64,000 nt of DNA, taken from positions 35,408 through 99,407 of the IMG/VR virus record IMGVR_UViG_3300045972_000132; one strand, written 5' to 3'. A model generated the notes under the pieces. It saw nothing but the letters and a program-made list of their open reading frames with translations, made no database searches and was not told where the DNA came from. Positions 37,542-46,657 of this stretch are shown in pieces (position 1 is the stretch's first letter; the number at the start of each line of letters is the position of its first letter). This DNA comes from a virus. Both the position numbers and the translations under genes were made by a program.

Positions 37542-37793
37542 ATGAAAAAAACTGAAGGGCTTAGGTGGGATGAAGATGACCCACGGGACGTAAAAGCTAA
37601 AACTAGCCAATACAATTTGAGAGTAAAAGCCGAACAGAGAGGAACCGTCTGGGTAGTCTACCTGACAGGCAAAAACTTGGATCATAAGTCAGAACATGTC
37701 TCCAAAGATGCTGCGAAACAAAAAGCTGCAAAGATCCTGCGAGAACTATTAAAGAAAGACAAGGCTAATGAAACTCAGGTGCCCGAAGTGTGA
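37542..37793 (+). CDS. Hypothetical protein
   Basis: TTGACG..TGaTATCCT promoter and SD gagga precede ATG 37542. Confidence 0.55.
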   Translation: MKKTEGLRWDEDDPRDVKAKTSQYNLRVKAEQRGTVWVVYLTGKNLDHKSEHVSKDAAKQKAAKILRELLKKDKANETQVPEV

Positions 37794-38088
37794 CCTACTT
37801 AGTAATTCAGAAGTAGTGCTTAATCTCAAGACCTGCCCACAATGCAATACCAGTGTTCTTCCAAGGGACCCGGCGGGCGACGTTAGAATTAACTGGGACG
37901 ACATTCGTCTTCTGGTTGAACTAGCAGGTCGTTACATCTATAGTCAAAAAACTACTAGCTATCTAGTGGATGAATTTGATACAGTCCTATCTAGCCTTCA
38001 GAGAGTAAAACCTGAAGGTGCTCTGGAACTTGAACCCTTACCTTTAGAAATGAAAGCGAGCTATGTACCCAGCACCCTTAGGAATTAA
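37768..38088 (+). CDS. Zinc-ribbon protein
   Basis: CPKC...CPQC. Confidence 0.55.
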   Translation: MKLRCPKCDLLSNSEVVLNLKTCPQCNTSVLPRDPAGDVRINWDDIRLLVELAGRYIYSQKTTSYLVDEFDTVLSSLQRVKPEGALELEPLPLEMKASYVPSTLRN

Positions 38089-39520
38089 AAATCAAGTAGG
38101 AAAGGTTTTAGGAACTAAAATCATAACGCAGTATCTACGTTATAAAGGTTCCAACTGCTGGAAAACCAAATGCTCTGTATGTGAGTATGAATCAATTGCG
38201 CCGGATTCTTTAGTAAGAAAGAATAAGATTAGGTCTTGTAGGTGCCAGAGACCTAATCTAGGTGCTCACAAACTAGAAATATTTAATTGCGAATTCGGTA
38301 TTTCCAATAAATGTAAGGTTAGTTGGAAAATGCCTAAAAGAGTCGGAGACAGAACCAGAAAGCTAAATGAGGGTAAAATAATTTGTTTGTTCTGCTCTAG
38401 AACCCTAAAATTTTCAGGTAGAGCAAATCCAAACTGCCAATACAAAAATCTAAACGATAATTTTTTTGAGGTGGTAGACTCTAGTGATAAGGCATATATC
38501 CTAGGCTGGATCGCCAGCGACGGACATTTAGACACTGGTTCTATCTCAATCTTTATTCAACAAGAAGACATAGAGTGCATAGAACATATTAGAGACATGA
38601 TATGCCCAGAGATACCTATAAGCTATAGAAGAGAAGACAATCATACTCTTATGGTCGGATTAACTCTTAGCTCACAGAAAATGGTTAAAGATGTGTGTGG
38701 ATGGTTAAGGATACTCCCTGGAGAAAAAGCAAGCACTGTAGATTTTCCAGACTTGGCTTCAAACGAGTTTAAATGGTCCTTTCTTCGAGGTTTATTTGAC
38801 GGAGATGGATCTCTAAATACCACGCAGCCAAAAAACGGTTGGCCTTCCCCTGTTGCAAGCATTTCTAGTTATTCAGACTCAATGAGAAGTAAGATTAAGG
38901 AACTTTCCCCTAGCGCCAATAATTATCCTAACAATGGTGTCATCGAGTGGAACGGTGTCAATGCTTTAGATTTCCTAGGAAAGCTGTACGCCAATACTAC
39001 AAACACTAATAGATTAAGGCGCAAGTATGAACTTTTTGAGAATTGGTGTCTGTGTGTTCCAGGATTAAATGGACCTATAGTTAATCGCAAGTCCGCACAC
39101 TTTATATGGGCTAGATCAAGAAAAGATGCTGTTCCGCCGTCTAAAGCCAATATCTCAGATTCAGGGTACGATCTAACTTTACTAGAAAAAGTAAAATCTG
39201 CTGGAAACATAGACTTTTACGATACAGGTGTCAAGATTCAACCACTCCACGGCTGGTACTTCGACCTTGTACCTAGATCGTCGATTAGTAAATCTGGGTA
39301 CATGTTGGCTAATTCCGTTGGAGTAATAGATAGAAGCTACATAGGATCTATACTAGTTCCACTAATAAAGACGAATACAAATGCAGAAGACCTAAAGCTT
39401 CCCAATAAACTGGTCCAGATCATACCTAGACCAATCATCCATGCTGAAATAGTTGAAGTAGAGCAGCTAGAAACTACCTCCAGAGCCGAAGGCAGCTTTG
39501 GAAGCACTAATAATAAATAA
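38063..39520 (+). CDS. dut: LAGLIDADG homing endonuclease fused to a C-terminal trimeric-type dUTPase
   Basis: AYILGWIASDG and FLRGLFDGDG; dUTPase motifs SGYDL, PRSS, GVIDRSY.G, LVQII, RAEGSFGST. Confidence 0.88.
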   Translation: MYPAPLGIKNQVGKVLGTKIITQYLRYKGSNCWKTKCSVCEYESIAPDSLVRKNKIRSCRCQRPNLGAHKLEIFNCEFGISNKCKVSWKMPKRVGDRTRKLNEGKIICLFCSRTLKFSGRANPNCQYKNLNDNFFEVVDSSDKAYILGWIASDGHLDTGSISIFIQQEDIECIEHIRDMICPEIPISYRREDNHTLMVGLTLSSQKMVKDVCGWLRILPGEKASTVDFPDLASNEFKWSFLRGLFDGDGSLNTTQPKNGWPSPVASISSYSDSMRSKIKELSPSANNYPNNGVIEWNGVNALDFLGKLYANTTNTNRLRRKYELFENWCLCVPGLNGPIVNRKSAHFIWARSRKDAVPPSKANISDSGYDLTLLEKVKSAGNIDFYDTGVKIQPLHGWYFDLVPRSSISKSGYMLANSVGVIDRSYIGSILVPLIKTNTNAEDLKLPNKLVQIIPRPIIHAEIVEVEQLETTSRAEGSFGSTNNK

Positions 39521-39533
39521 AAGGAAAATAAAA

Positions 39534-39887
39534 ATGGCATTCAAGATTCAGCCCCTTCTCGATAGAGTCATTATCGAGCGCATTGGTGGTGTAACCCGGA
39601 TCGGCGCAATTTATCTTCCTGAGTTGTCTCAGGAGCGCGCCTCTGAAGGTTATGTTGTCGCAGTAGGAACTGGTAAGGAACTTCGTGACGGCACTACTCG
39701 ACCCCTAATGGTCTCCATCGGTGACCGTGTAATCTTTGAAAAGATGGGGCCTACAGATTTAAAGGTTGACGGTAAGGAATACGCACTAGTCAGGGAAGAC
39801 CAGATATTTGCCGTAGTGGCTCCTGAGGCCCTTCAGGAGGGTGCTGCGCCCGTGATCTCAGTCGGCTGGGGTCCTCCTCCACAGTAG
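39534..39887 (+). CDS. groES: Co-chaperonin GroES
   Basis: IQPLLDRVII, IYLPE, G.VVAVGTGK, V.IGDRVIF.K, DGKEY..VREDQI.AVV. Confidence 0.92.
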   Translation: MAFKIQPLLDRVIIERIGGVTRIGAIYLPELSQERASEGYVVAVGTGKELRDGTTRPLMVSIGDRVIFEKMGPTDLKVDGKEYALVREDQIFAVVAPEALQEGAAPVISVGWGPPPQ

Positions 39888-39896
39888 CTTATTAAA

Positions 39897-40385
39897 ATGA
39901 GTACAGACCGCTTTTTAGATAAAAAGATAGCTAACCGAAAACAGGGGGTGGGTCCCAACGGACTCCCCACTTGTCGGTGGTGTCGCGGAGAGGTAATTCC
40001 TCCCAAGCGGACGTTCTGTTCTCAGAAGTGCATTCATGAGTGGCGCATCCGCAGCGATGTGGGGTACGCCAAGATGAACGTCGAAGATCGTGATAAGGGA
40101 ATCTGCGCTTATTGTAAACAAGACTGTACCAGCCAGAAATTACTACTTGATGAAGTCCGCAAAGATGACAGACTCTTATTCCTAAGGGAAATCAAGAAGT
40201 TAGGTCTGAGTGAATCTACTTACGACAAGCGCAAAGTTCTATGGGATCTGGATCACAGAGTCAGAGTCGCGGACGGTGGTGGAAGTGCAAGTTTAGATAA
40301 TTTACAAACTTTGTGCCTCACTTGTCATAAAACCAAAACAGCTTACGAGAACAGCGTTACCAAGAAAGGTAGAAAGCGAAAATGA
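39897..40385 (+). CDS. HNH endonuclease with an N-terminal zinc finger
   Basis: CRWC...FCSQKC; RDKGICAYC; DLDH...ADGGG...LDNLQTLCLTCH. Confidence 0.88.
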   Translation: MSTDRFLDKKIANRKQGVGPNGLPTCRWCRGEVIPPKRTFCSQKCIHEWRIRSDVGYAKMNVEDRDKGICAYCKQDCTSQKLLLDEVRKDDRLLFLREIKKLGLSESTYDKRKVLWDLDHRVRVADGGGSASLDNLQTLCLTCHKTKTAYENSVTKKGRKRK

Positions 40386-40624
40386 AGCGAGTTTACAAAG
40401 AGAAGAGAATCTTTCAAGACGACGACGGCACCCTCTCGATACGCGAAGTTTGGTTCGGACCCCAAGATACTCCCTATAGTTTTTCCGCACCAATCAAACT
40501 ATCCAGCGATAGTCTACCCGATCTAATCCGCCTACTAAACGCTTGCTCTAGACTCGCCAGTCCCTTGAACTTCGAACCTGCGTGTGAGGTTCTGAGTCGC
40601 AAAGATTTTCAAGCGCCAGATTAG
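40382..40624 (+). CDS. Hypothetical protein
   Basis: ATGA overlap with the HNH gene. Confidence 0.55.
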   Translation: MKRVYKEKRIFQDDDGTLSIREVWFGPQDTPYSFSAPIKLSSDSLPDLIRLLNACSRLASPLNFEPACEVLSRKDFQAPD

Positions 40625-40705
40625 TACTTGAACAAACTAGCGTTTCACGATAGTGTATTCAGAACGCGCAATTCTTTCCCGCGCGCCTAACTTGGAGATC
40701 TAATA

Positions 40706-41014
40706 ATGGATGCTGAAGTACTTTACGAGCGAGTCGAAGAATTACCATGGGGACCCGGCAGTGTTGAACTTCAGGATGAATTAGAAATTTCTGTCTCCGA
40801 GGATCCTGAAACTGGACATTTTGAAATTTGGTGTGAAGAATTTCAACTATCCGGTACAGGTGAATCCTACGAGGAAGCACTAGCGGATCTCTCAGGCAGC
40901 ATGGAATCAGTCATTGATGATCTCGCAATCGTTCTAGAGTCCAAGCTAGGAAAAAAGAACAAGCAATTGCTAGAAAAATACAAACACTACCTTCCAGACG
41001 AAATATTTCCATAG
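40706..41014 (+). CDS. HicB-like antitoxin domain protein (orphan)
   Basis: ISVSEDPETGHFEIWCEEFQLSGTGESYEEALADL fits the HicB N-terminal fold pattern. Confidence 0.65.
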   Translation: MDAEVLYERVEELPWGPGSVELQDELEISVSEDPETGHFEIWCEEFQLSGTGESYEEALADLSGSMESVIDDLAIVLESKLGKKNKQLLEKYKHYLPDEIFP

Positions 41015-41023
41015 GAATATAAA

Positions 41024-42127
41024 ATGCCCAAAACCAAAACCTGTCGTTCGTGCAGCGCAAGTAAGGAAGCAACCCTTAAACATTGGCGCTCCAACGGTCG
41101 GGGAGGTTTTAAGCCTGACTGTAAAAATTGCCTTTCTAGCTTGGGGCATTTTGAACGCCCTAAGGCTTCCGATAGGGAAATCCCCTTTCAGGAATATGAA
41201 GCTGATTTAAATGAAGGTGAAGCAGAAGAGTTTGCGGAAGAACTGACCGAAACACTTAAAAAGACTAAGAAATATCTAGGGTTTGTAAAACCTGGATTTG
41301 AAACCGGATTTGAGCCAGATGAACAAGAGCGTCTGCTGGGTAAGGTTCCCAAATTCGTGGAAACCAAGAAGGTATTTGTCCCCGGCAAGAAGCCTTACAT
41401 GATTGTCATCTTCAACGATGTTCATGTTCCGGTACACGATTTAAAAGTCTGGAAGACGGCACTGAAGTTTCTAAAAGATACTCAGCCAGATGAGCTAATT
41501 CTAAACGGCGACTACGGTGAACTTGATTCGTGCAGCCAGCACGGTGGCAATGTAGAAATTACCCCTCTTTCCAAGGACTTGGAAGCCATCAGAGGAACCT
41601 TAGAAGAAATTAGAGAAGTAATCCCTGACTCCAAGATCACCTATTTGGAAGGTAATCACGAGACTAGATTAACTAGATTCCTCACCAGCCGTGCCCCCAG
41701 CATCGTTAGCTCGCTCACTCTCCCCGAGTGCCTACACCTCAACGAATTAAATATCGAGTGGGTTCCTGAGACCGCCCAGCCCATCCGCAGGGGCAAGCTG
41801 ACAATCCTACACGGACATCAAATGAACTCTCTGCCTAAGTACCATGCTGGCAGAATCATTGAGCTTTATGGTGAAGCCAACCATAAGGTTGTATTCGGAC
41901 ACTCCCACAGAGCACAGGTTGTTAGTACTCCAGGTGCTGGTGGAAATAAATGGGGTATTGCATTTGGAACTATGCGTACATTGGATCCTAAATGGTTACA
42001 TGGAGCCAATAGTGGCTGGTCCCACCAAATGGGTGTAGTGTATATTGACTCCGATGGTTCTCCTGATGTGTACCCTGTAACATTCCGCGACGGTGGATTT
42101 ATTTGGAATGGACAAAAATACGGCTAA
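41024..42127 (+). CDS. Calcineurin-like metallophosphoesterase with an N-terminal zinc finger
   Basis: DVH, GD..E, GNHE, HGH, GHSH. Confidence 0.9.
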   Translation: MPKTKTCRSCSASKEATLKHWRSNGRGGFKPDCKNCLSSLGHFERPKASDREIPFQEYEADLNEGEAEEFAEELTETLKKTKKYLGFVKPGFETGFEPDEQERLLGKVPKFVETKKVFVPGKKPYMIVIFNDVHVPVHDLKVWKTALKFLKDTQPDELILNGDYGELDSCSQHGGNVEITPLSKDLEAIRGTLEEIREVIPDSKITYLEGNHETRLTRFLTSRAPSIVSSLTLPECLHLNELNIEWVPETAQPIRRGKLTILHGHQMNSLPKYHAGRIIELYGEANHKVVFGHSHRAQVVSTPGAGGNKWGIAFGTMRTLDPKWLHGANSGWSHQMGVVYIDSDGSPDVYPVTFRDGGFIWNGQKYG

Positions 42128-42136
42128 GGAGGTCTC

Positions 42137-42424
42137 ATGTCTGGAAAACGCACCAAATCAGGTGAAGACTTTGAAGAAGAAGTTTTTTCAGACGATAAGA
42201 TAGATGGTGGAGCAGCCATCGCCGGTAGCTCCGAACTCCCCGATTTACTTCTACAGTTGATCGGGGAGATCACCAAGTTAGAGACTCTAATGTCTGAGCT
42301 TGACGAGCAGGAGTACAAGGTGGTACAGAGGAGATACAAGACTCTCTTGAAGGCTTGTGAAAGACTTCCTAAAACCTTCCTAAAAGTGAAACGAGTTGGA
42401 TTTGGACAAGAGTCAACCGAGTAG
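42137..42424 (+). CDS. Hypothetical protein
   Basis: Strong SD aaggagg. Confidence 0.65.
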   Translation: MSGKRTKSGEDFEEEVFSDDKIDGGAAIAGSSELPDLLLQLIGEITKLETLMSELDEQEYKVVQRRYKTLLKACERLPKTFLKVKRVGFGQESTE

Positions 42425-42605
42425 TATTTTAGACACACCCTTGAGAGTATTCTTGGCGCTAGGTATTCTAGCCATCACGGCTGGCAACGTCTATTCAAAC
42501 CCAGATAATATTCGTTGTGCAAAGGCAGTATTTGAAACCTGTCTGGCTCTTGTGGCCTTAATACTGATTGCCAAGTATATCAACTCAGACGACATAGCGG
42601 GATAA
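42396..42605 (+). CDS. Small two-transmembrane protein
   Basis: Two hydrophobic segments. Confidence 0.45.
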   Translation: MDLDKSQPSSILDTPLRVFLALGILAITAGNVYSNPDNIRCAKAVFETCLALVALILIAKYINSDDIAG

Positions 42606-42606
42606 A

Positions 42607-43305
42607 ATGAACCTCATCTACCAAACCAACGACATTGCCATCGTATCCTCCGGAATATGCTCTGCTTTCCCTGATGCTCAGGATCACGTATCCATCGGAA
42701 CCCGCTACATGCTGGGCTGGAACAGAGAACCATTTTTCTCAAAACTAGTTCCACTACTCTCATATGATGAGTCTGGACAGACATTCATTAGCATGGATGA
42801 CTGTGCTCATATGTTTTACCCTGGTGTGGTCCCCTTGAAGCAGACTTTTGCACAGGAAGCGGGGGATTTTGTTTGTAGAGAACACCGCGAAAAGTTTCAT
42901 CTATACCTCAAGAGAACCGACGAGGTTAAAAATAATCATTTCTGCAAGTCCCTATCAGTAGTGGTCTACACTGAGAAGGCATATCGCGCCGATCCCGACT
43001 TCACTAAGCACGATGAAATGTATCTGGAGCTTATCAAGAACAGGTTATCTCTTGAGGCCGCAAACAACCTCCATGTAGTTGTGGCAGTTCTTGGCTCTAC
43101 TGAGGAAACTTCACCATATCCGGCTGGGACGCTAGTACATAACATGGCGGGAGGAAATAGATCATTCTTACCAGCTACCGGCGCAGACTTAGATAGTGCA
43201 GCTATTCCAGAGGTTTACTCGGATGTTAAGATGCTGCACAAGTGGATCAAGCTAGCCAAGGAATCTGATGAATTCTGGAGTACTCACGCGAGGGTAGCGG
43301 ATTGA
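42607..43305 (+). CDS. Hypothetical protein
   Basis: 232-aa ORF within the operon. Confidence 0.65.
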   Translation: MNLIYQTNDIAIVSSGICSAFPDAQDHVSIGTRYMLGWNREPFFSKLVPLLSYDESGQTFISMDDCAHMFYPGVVPLKQTFAQEAGDFVCREHREKFHLYLKRTDEVKNNHFCKSLSVVVYTEKAYRADPDFTKHDEMYLELIKNRLSLEAANNLHVVVAVLGSTEETSPYPAGTLVHNMAGGNRSFLPATGADLDSAAIPEVYSDVKMLHKWIKLAKESDEFWSTHARVAD

Positions 43306-43412
43306 GCGATTACAAAGACGGCAAGGACGACAAAAACGTCACAGAAAAACTAATAGAAACTATCATAGTAATTCTAATTGTGGCTACTGCCGTGGCTACA
43401 ATTCCTAGGTAG
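43302..43412 (+). CDS. Small membrane peptide (36 aa, not in the ORF track)
   Basis: TTG overlapping the previous TGA; MSDYKDGKDDKNVTEKLIETIIVILIVATAVATIPR. Confidence 0.4.
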   Translation: MSDYKDGKDDKNVTEKLIETIIVILIVATAVATIPR

Positions 43413-43415
43413 GTC

Positions 43416-43444
43416 TTGCAAATCCCACTGGGGCTTGCTATAGA
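43416..43444 (+). promoter_or_regulatory. Sigma70-like promoter
   Basis: TTGCAA-17nt-TATAGA with extended TG, then SD ggagg. Confidence 0.6.
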
Positions 43445-43464
43445 TCTTTCTACGGAGGCAGCAC

Positions 43465-43902
43465 ATGCGAACCATTGCGAAACTTACTGGCTACACGATT
43501 CTTGCGATTCTTGCTTCTATCCGCTGGACCCTCAACCTCACTCTTGGGGTGATTGATGCTGTGGGGTCTCATGTGGCTGAGACCATGATCGATGAGCGAA
43601 AGGCCCCCACCAGCCCTCAGGCACGGCATCGAATGGTCAAGCGGGCTTCCGCTAAGTCCGAGCCTAAAATGGTTGAGCCAGAGGAGATCGAAGAGGAAGT
43701 GACTAAGCCCTCCAACCTCGTTAGTCTGCGTTCCACTGGTTCTTCCAGTGAAGGCAAGAAGGCTCAGTTGATTGTTGAGGGTTGGAAGGTTGTTCAGGAC
43801 ATGAAGAAGGATGGCATGGCAGTCCTTTCCAACGGCAATGAGGAAATGATCGTCAATACCCGTACTTGGGATCCAATCGGAAAGGTTTCTAACGATGTCT
43901 AA
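43465..43902 (+). CDS. Hypothetical protein
   Basis: Promoter and SD ggagg. Confidence 0.65.
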   Translation: MRTIAKLTGYTILAILASIRWTLNLTLGVIDAVGSHVAETMIDERKAPTSPQARHRMVKRASAKSEPKMVEPEEIEEEVTKPSNLVSLRSTGSSSEGKKAQLIVEGWKVVQDMKKDGMAVLSNGNEEMIVNTRTWDPIGKVSNDV

Positions 43903-44098
43903 TTACCTAAACCAGCAGTACAGTTTTACGATCTTAAGGATAACTTCCTTTGTGCAGTGTCCGACCTTACCTTCCTTCCTTCCTAGAATTGGTGAGTGCG
44001 TAATATTAAAAAACGATCTGAAATTCAGGGTTTCAGATATCACTTGGGACATCTTTGACAACACTGTGAGGATTGACTGCTGGAGACCTAATGGCTAA
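43895..44098 (+). CDS. Hypothetical protein
   Basis: Packed ORF with LPRIGE.V motif. Confidence 0.5.
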   Translation: MSNYLNQQYSFTILRITSFVQCPTLPSFLPRIGECVILKNDLKFRVSDITWDIFDNTVRIDCWRPNG

Positions 44099-44678
44099 AC
44101 ATGAAGAATACGAGAAGTACAAGGAACAATGGACCTGCTTCCCTTGCATGATCTATAATCATAAGGCATGTGATAAGCCCTGTGCTTGCGAAGAAGCGGG
44201 ACACCCTAACAGCTTACCTTGCCCCGCCCCTTTAGAATATCAGGATGCTCAAGCTATCATGCGTAACTTGTCGGCTCTACAGGATAAGTTCGATGGAACG
44301 CTAGATATTATCCAGAGAATCTGTGCAGGGGAAGATGACTCCCTTCTAGCCTTGGATTACGGCGGTACTGGGTGGGAAACCCACCCTGCGGTTAAGGCTG
44401 TTTACAAACTGAGAGAACAGTTAGACTCTGTTGTACTATCTAGAGAAATGTCGCAAAAATTAGCCCTAGCCCTAGCTAGTCCCGGTAGAGTGCTCCCAAG
44501 ACTAGCTGAGGCACTCGGTAGGACCGAACCCAAGGTAAACCCAGATGAATTAGCAGAAGCCTTAAGAAAGTTGTGTTATATGGCTACAGGGGCCAGTACT
44601 GCCCAGATGGAGGCAATTGGGGATGCCAAGGAACTAGTAAACAAGTACTTCGGGAAGGAAGTGTTTACAGTAAAATGA
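44091..44678 (+). CDS. Hypothetical protein with a Cys/His cluster
   Basis: CFPC...H..C..PC.C; SD ggag. Confidence 0.6.
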   Translation: MAKHEEYEKYKEQWTCFPCMIYNHKACDKPCACEEAGHPNSLPCPAPLEYQDAQAIMRNLSALQDKFDGTLDIIQRICAGEDDSLLALDYGGTGWETHPAVKAVYKLREQLDSVVLSREMSQKLALALASPGRVLPRLAEALGRTEPKVNPDELAEALRKLCYMATGASTAQMEAIGDAKELVNKYFGKEVFTVK

Positions 44679-44884
44679 ATGATCATATCTATCCAGAGGC
44701 AATTGAAGCACATATGCGGGAGCTAAAACGACTAGCAGATCATTTTGAATTTACCGCCAGTAAGCTAACCAGTTTAGCTGAAGCTTTAAAAGTTGTCGGA
44801 TTATCTAGTCTCGAAGTTCAACTTCGGGGCTGTGCTATGGATTTAGTTTTTAGAACTCAACAGCTAAGAGAGGAAATCCAGTGA
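44675..44884 (+). CDS. Hypothetical protein
   Basis: ATGA overlap. Confidence 0.5.
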   Translation: MNDHIYPEAIEAHMRELKRLADHFEFTASKLTSLAEALKVVGLSSLEVQLRGCAMDLVFRTQQLREEIQ

Positions 44885-45366
44885 AACTATGCATCGCATG
44901 TCAGTATGGATTTCACGCAGAATGTGAAAAATTTCCTTGTTCTTGCGACCATTCATTTAAACACGGCGGCTCTGCACCTAAACCTCCCAAGCCACATGAT
45001 ACCAAGTGCGCTTCTTGCGGGCACGACCCCTTGGAAATTCGAGTGATTAGTGTTCCCGAGGGTTCCATTTGTGGTCGCTGCAAGAGACCTCGCAGGACTA
45101 ACTCAACCCCCTTGAATGCCGTCTGCTGCGGTAGATTCGACTCTATGTTACCTACTAACGTGTGCGTCATAGAGTGCGAGCAAATCGGTGCTGCTTACGC
45201 TGAGTTAGTGCGAGTCGAGACCTACGAGGAACATGCAAAAAGAATGGAACCTATCAACGCCCATCTTTTCAAAAAGCCTTTCTCAAAACCTGGAAAGGTA
45301 GTCGAATCTACCGAGCAATGGGATGAAGTTGAACGGTTGAATCTTCTAGACCCTGAAGAGAAGTAG
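44881..45366 (+). CDS. Cys-rich zinc-binding protein
   Basis: CIAC....H..C...PC.C.H, CASC, CGRC. Confidence 0.6.
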   Translation: MKLCIACQYGFHAECEKFPCSCDHSFKHGGSAPKPPKPHDTKCASCGHDPLEIRVISVPEGSICGRCKRPRRTNSTPLNAVCCGRFDSMLPTNVCVIECEQIGAAYAELVRVETYEEHAKRMEPINAHLFKKPFSKPGKVVESTEQWDEVERLNLLDPEEK

Positions 45367-45382
45367 TGCTACTAGTATTCCC

Positions 45383-46003
45383 ATGATCACTACCCCGAAG
45401 CAGCACACCGACCGCCCCCTCATGATCGATCTCTTCTCTGGCCTCGGCGGCGCTAGCGCAGCAATGCGAGAGCGCGGCTGGGACGTTGTTCATGTTGAGC
45501 TTAATGAGGAAGTCCTCAAGAAGGCTCCATACACGCCCTATCACGGGGATGTAACTACCTTCAAGTGGGATGGTAAGACTCCAGACCTTATCTGGGCCTC
45601 TCCTCCCTGCACGGAATTCGCAAGGGAATCAATGCCTTGGTGCCGCACCGGCAAGACCCCCTCGATGGATCTTGTTCTAAAGACGATTGCCTTGATTGAA
45701 GAGATCAAGCCCAAGTATTGGATTATTGAGAACGTTCGCGGTGCCGGAAAGTATTTCGAACCTCTCCTAGGCCGCTGGAAGGTTCATTGTGCTAGCACCT
45801 TCCTTTGGGGTAACATTCCCCCTAATGTAGAGTGGCCTAAGGGCCTCAAGAGCGGCAAGGAAAAGCTTTCTAGCAAGCAGCGGGCCGAACGATCAAAGAT
45901 TCCATACGAAATTAGCTTTGCCGTAGCACAGGCCACGGAGGCAGCTACTTTCTTCAGCAGACTACCCCTTCTAACGAAGATCCGGATTAAATATGCTAAA
46001 TAG
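45383..46003 (+). CDS. Short DNA cytosine-C5 methyltransferase
   Basis: Motif I DLFSGLGG, motif IV WASPPC, motif VI IENV. Confidence 0.85.
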   Translation: MITTPKQHTDRPLMIDLFSGLGGASAAMRERGWDVVHVELNEEVLKKAPYTPYHGDVTTFKWDGKTPDLIWASPPCTEFARESMPWCRTGKTPSMDLVLKTIALIEEIKPKYWIIENVRGAGKYFEPLLGRWKVHCASTFLWGNIPPNVEWPKGLKSGKEKLSSKQRAERSKIPYEISFAVAQATEAATFFSRLPLLTKIRIKYAK

Positions 46004-46211
46004 AACCGAAGTTAACCAGTTGTTTACAGCAATTTGTCACGCTTCCGATACAGCGATCAACGGTGAATCTGTAGTAAGTGTTCTGTCAGTTTTAGAACTA
46101 CTGGCTACTTATTCTGACTGCCCTGTGACAAACATTAGTGTAAAGCTCGATAACGGTAAGGCTAGTATGGGTTGGTTTATTCCAGAAAGGAAGGAAACTT
46201 CCAGTGACTAA
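45993..46211 (+). CDS. Hypothetical protein
   Basis: Packed ORF. Confidence 0.5.
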   Translation: MLNRTEVNQLFTAICHASDTAINGESVVSVLSVLELLATYSDCPVTNISVKLDNGKASMGWFIPERKETSSD

Positions 46212-46590
46212 TGGGGACCTGAGGGATTGTCTTGAGGATCTAGACAATGAATTTAAACAGTTAGAGAAGAGAATCCTTTTCATTCAAGGGGAGCTAGGCT
46301 CTATCCTGAAAAATATCAACGAGGCTAACCCCGATCTCTACTCTAGCGATCTAGTTGTCTCCAGAGCAGCACTTCAGGATAAACTCACTTACTTAACCCA
46401 TAAGACCGGACAAATCGCCGCAACCGCTACTTCTCTAAACAGGAACTCTCATTCGCTCTTGTACGAGATTCCAGGTACTGCCGAGAAGATGGCTGTTAGT
46501 ATGGTGGAGACCATGTTTTATAATCTAGGTAGGTCCATTTCCACCCTCTTTAAAATCGCCTTCTCAATTAGGAAAGTTTTTGTAAAGTAA
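46204..46590 (+). CDS. Hypothetical coiled-coil protein
   Basis: SD aagga before GTG. Confidence 0.55.
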   Translation: MTNGDLRDCLEDLDNEFKQLEKRILFIQGELGSILKNINEANPDLYSSDLVVSRAALQDKLTYLTHKTGQIAATATSLNRNSHSLLYEIPGTAEKMAVSMVETMFYNLGRSISTLFKIAFSIRKVFVK

Positions 46591-46657
46591 TTTAGGATCT
46601 ACTGTAGCTGAAATCCTTCTAGTGCCTTACCATTAACCTCATGTCGTCGGAGGTTAA

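Noticed and set aside
38063-39520. Intein in dUTPase
   Set aside because: All dUTPase motifs are contiguous after the nuclease; no N-extein or HN-C/S/T splice junction
43308-43334. DYKDGKDDK resembling a FLAG tag
   Set aside because: Not an exact DYKDDDDK and no vector or engineering context; treated as chance
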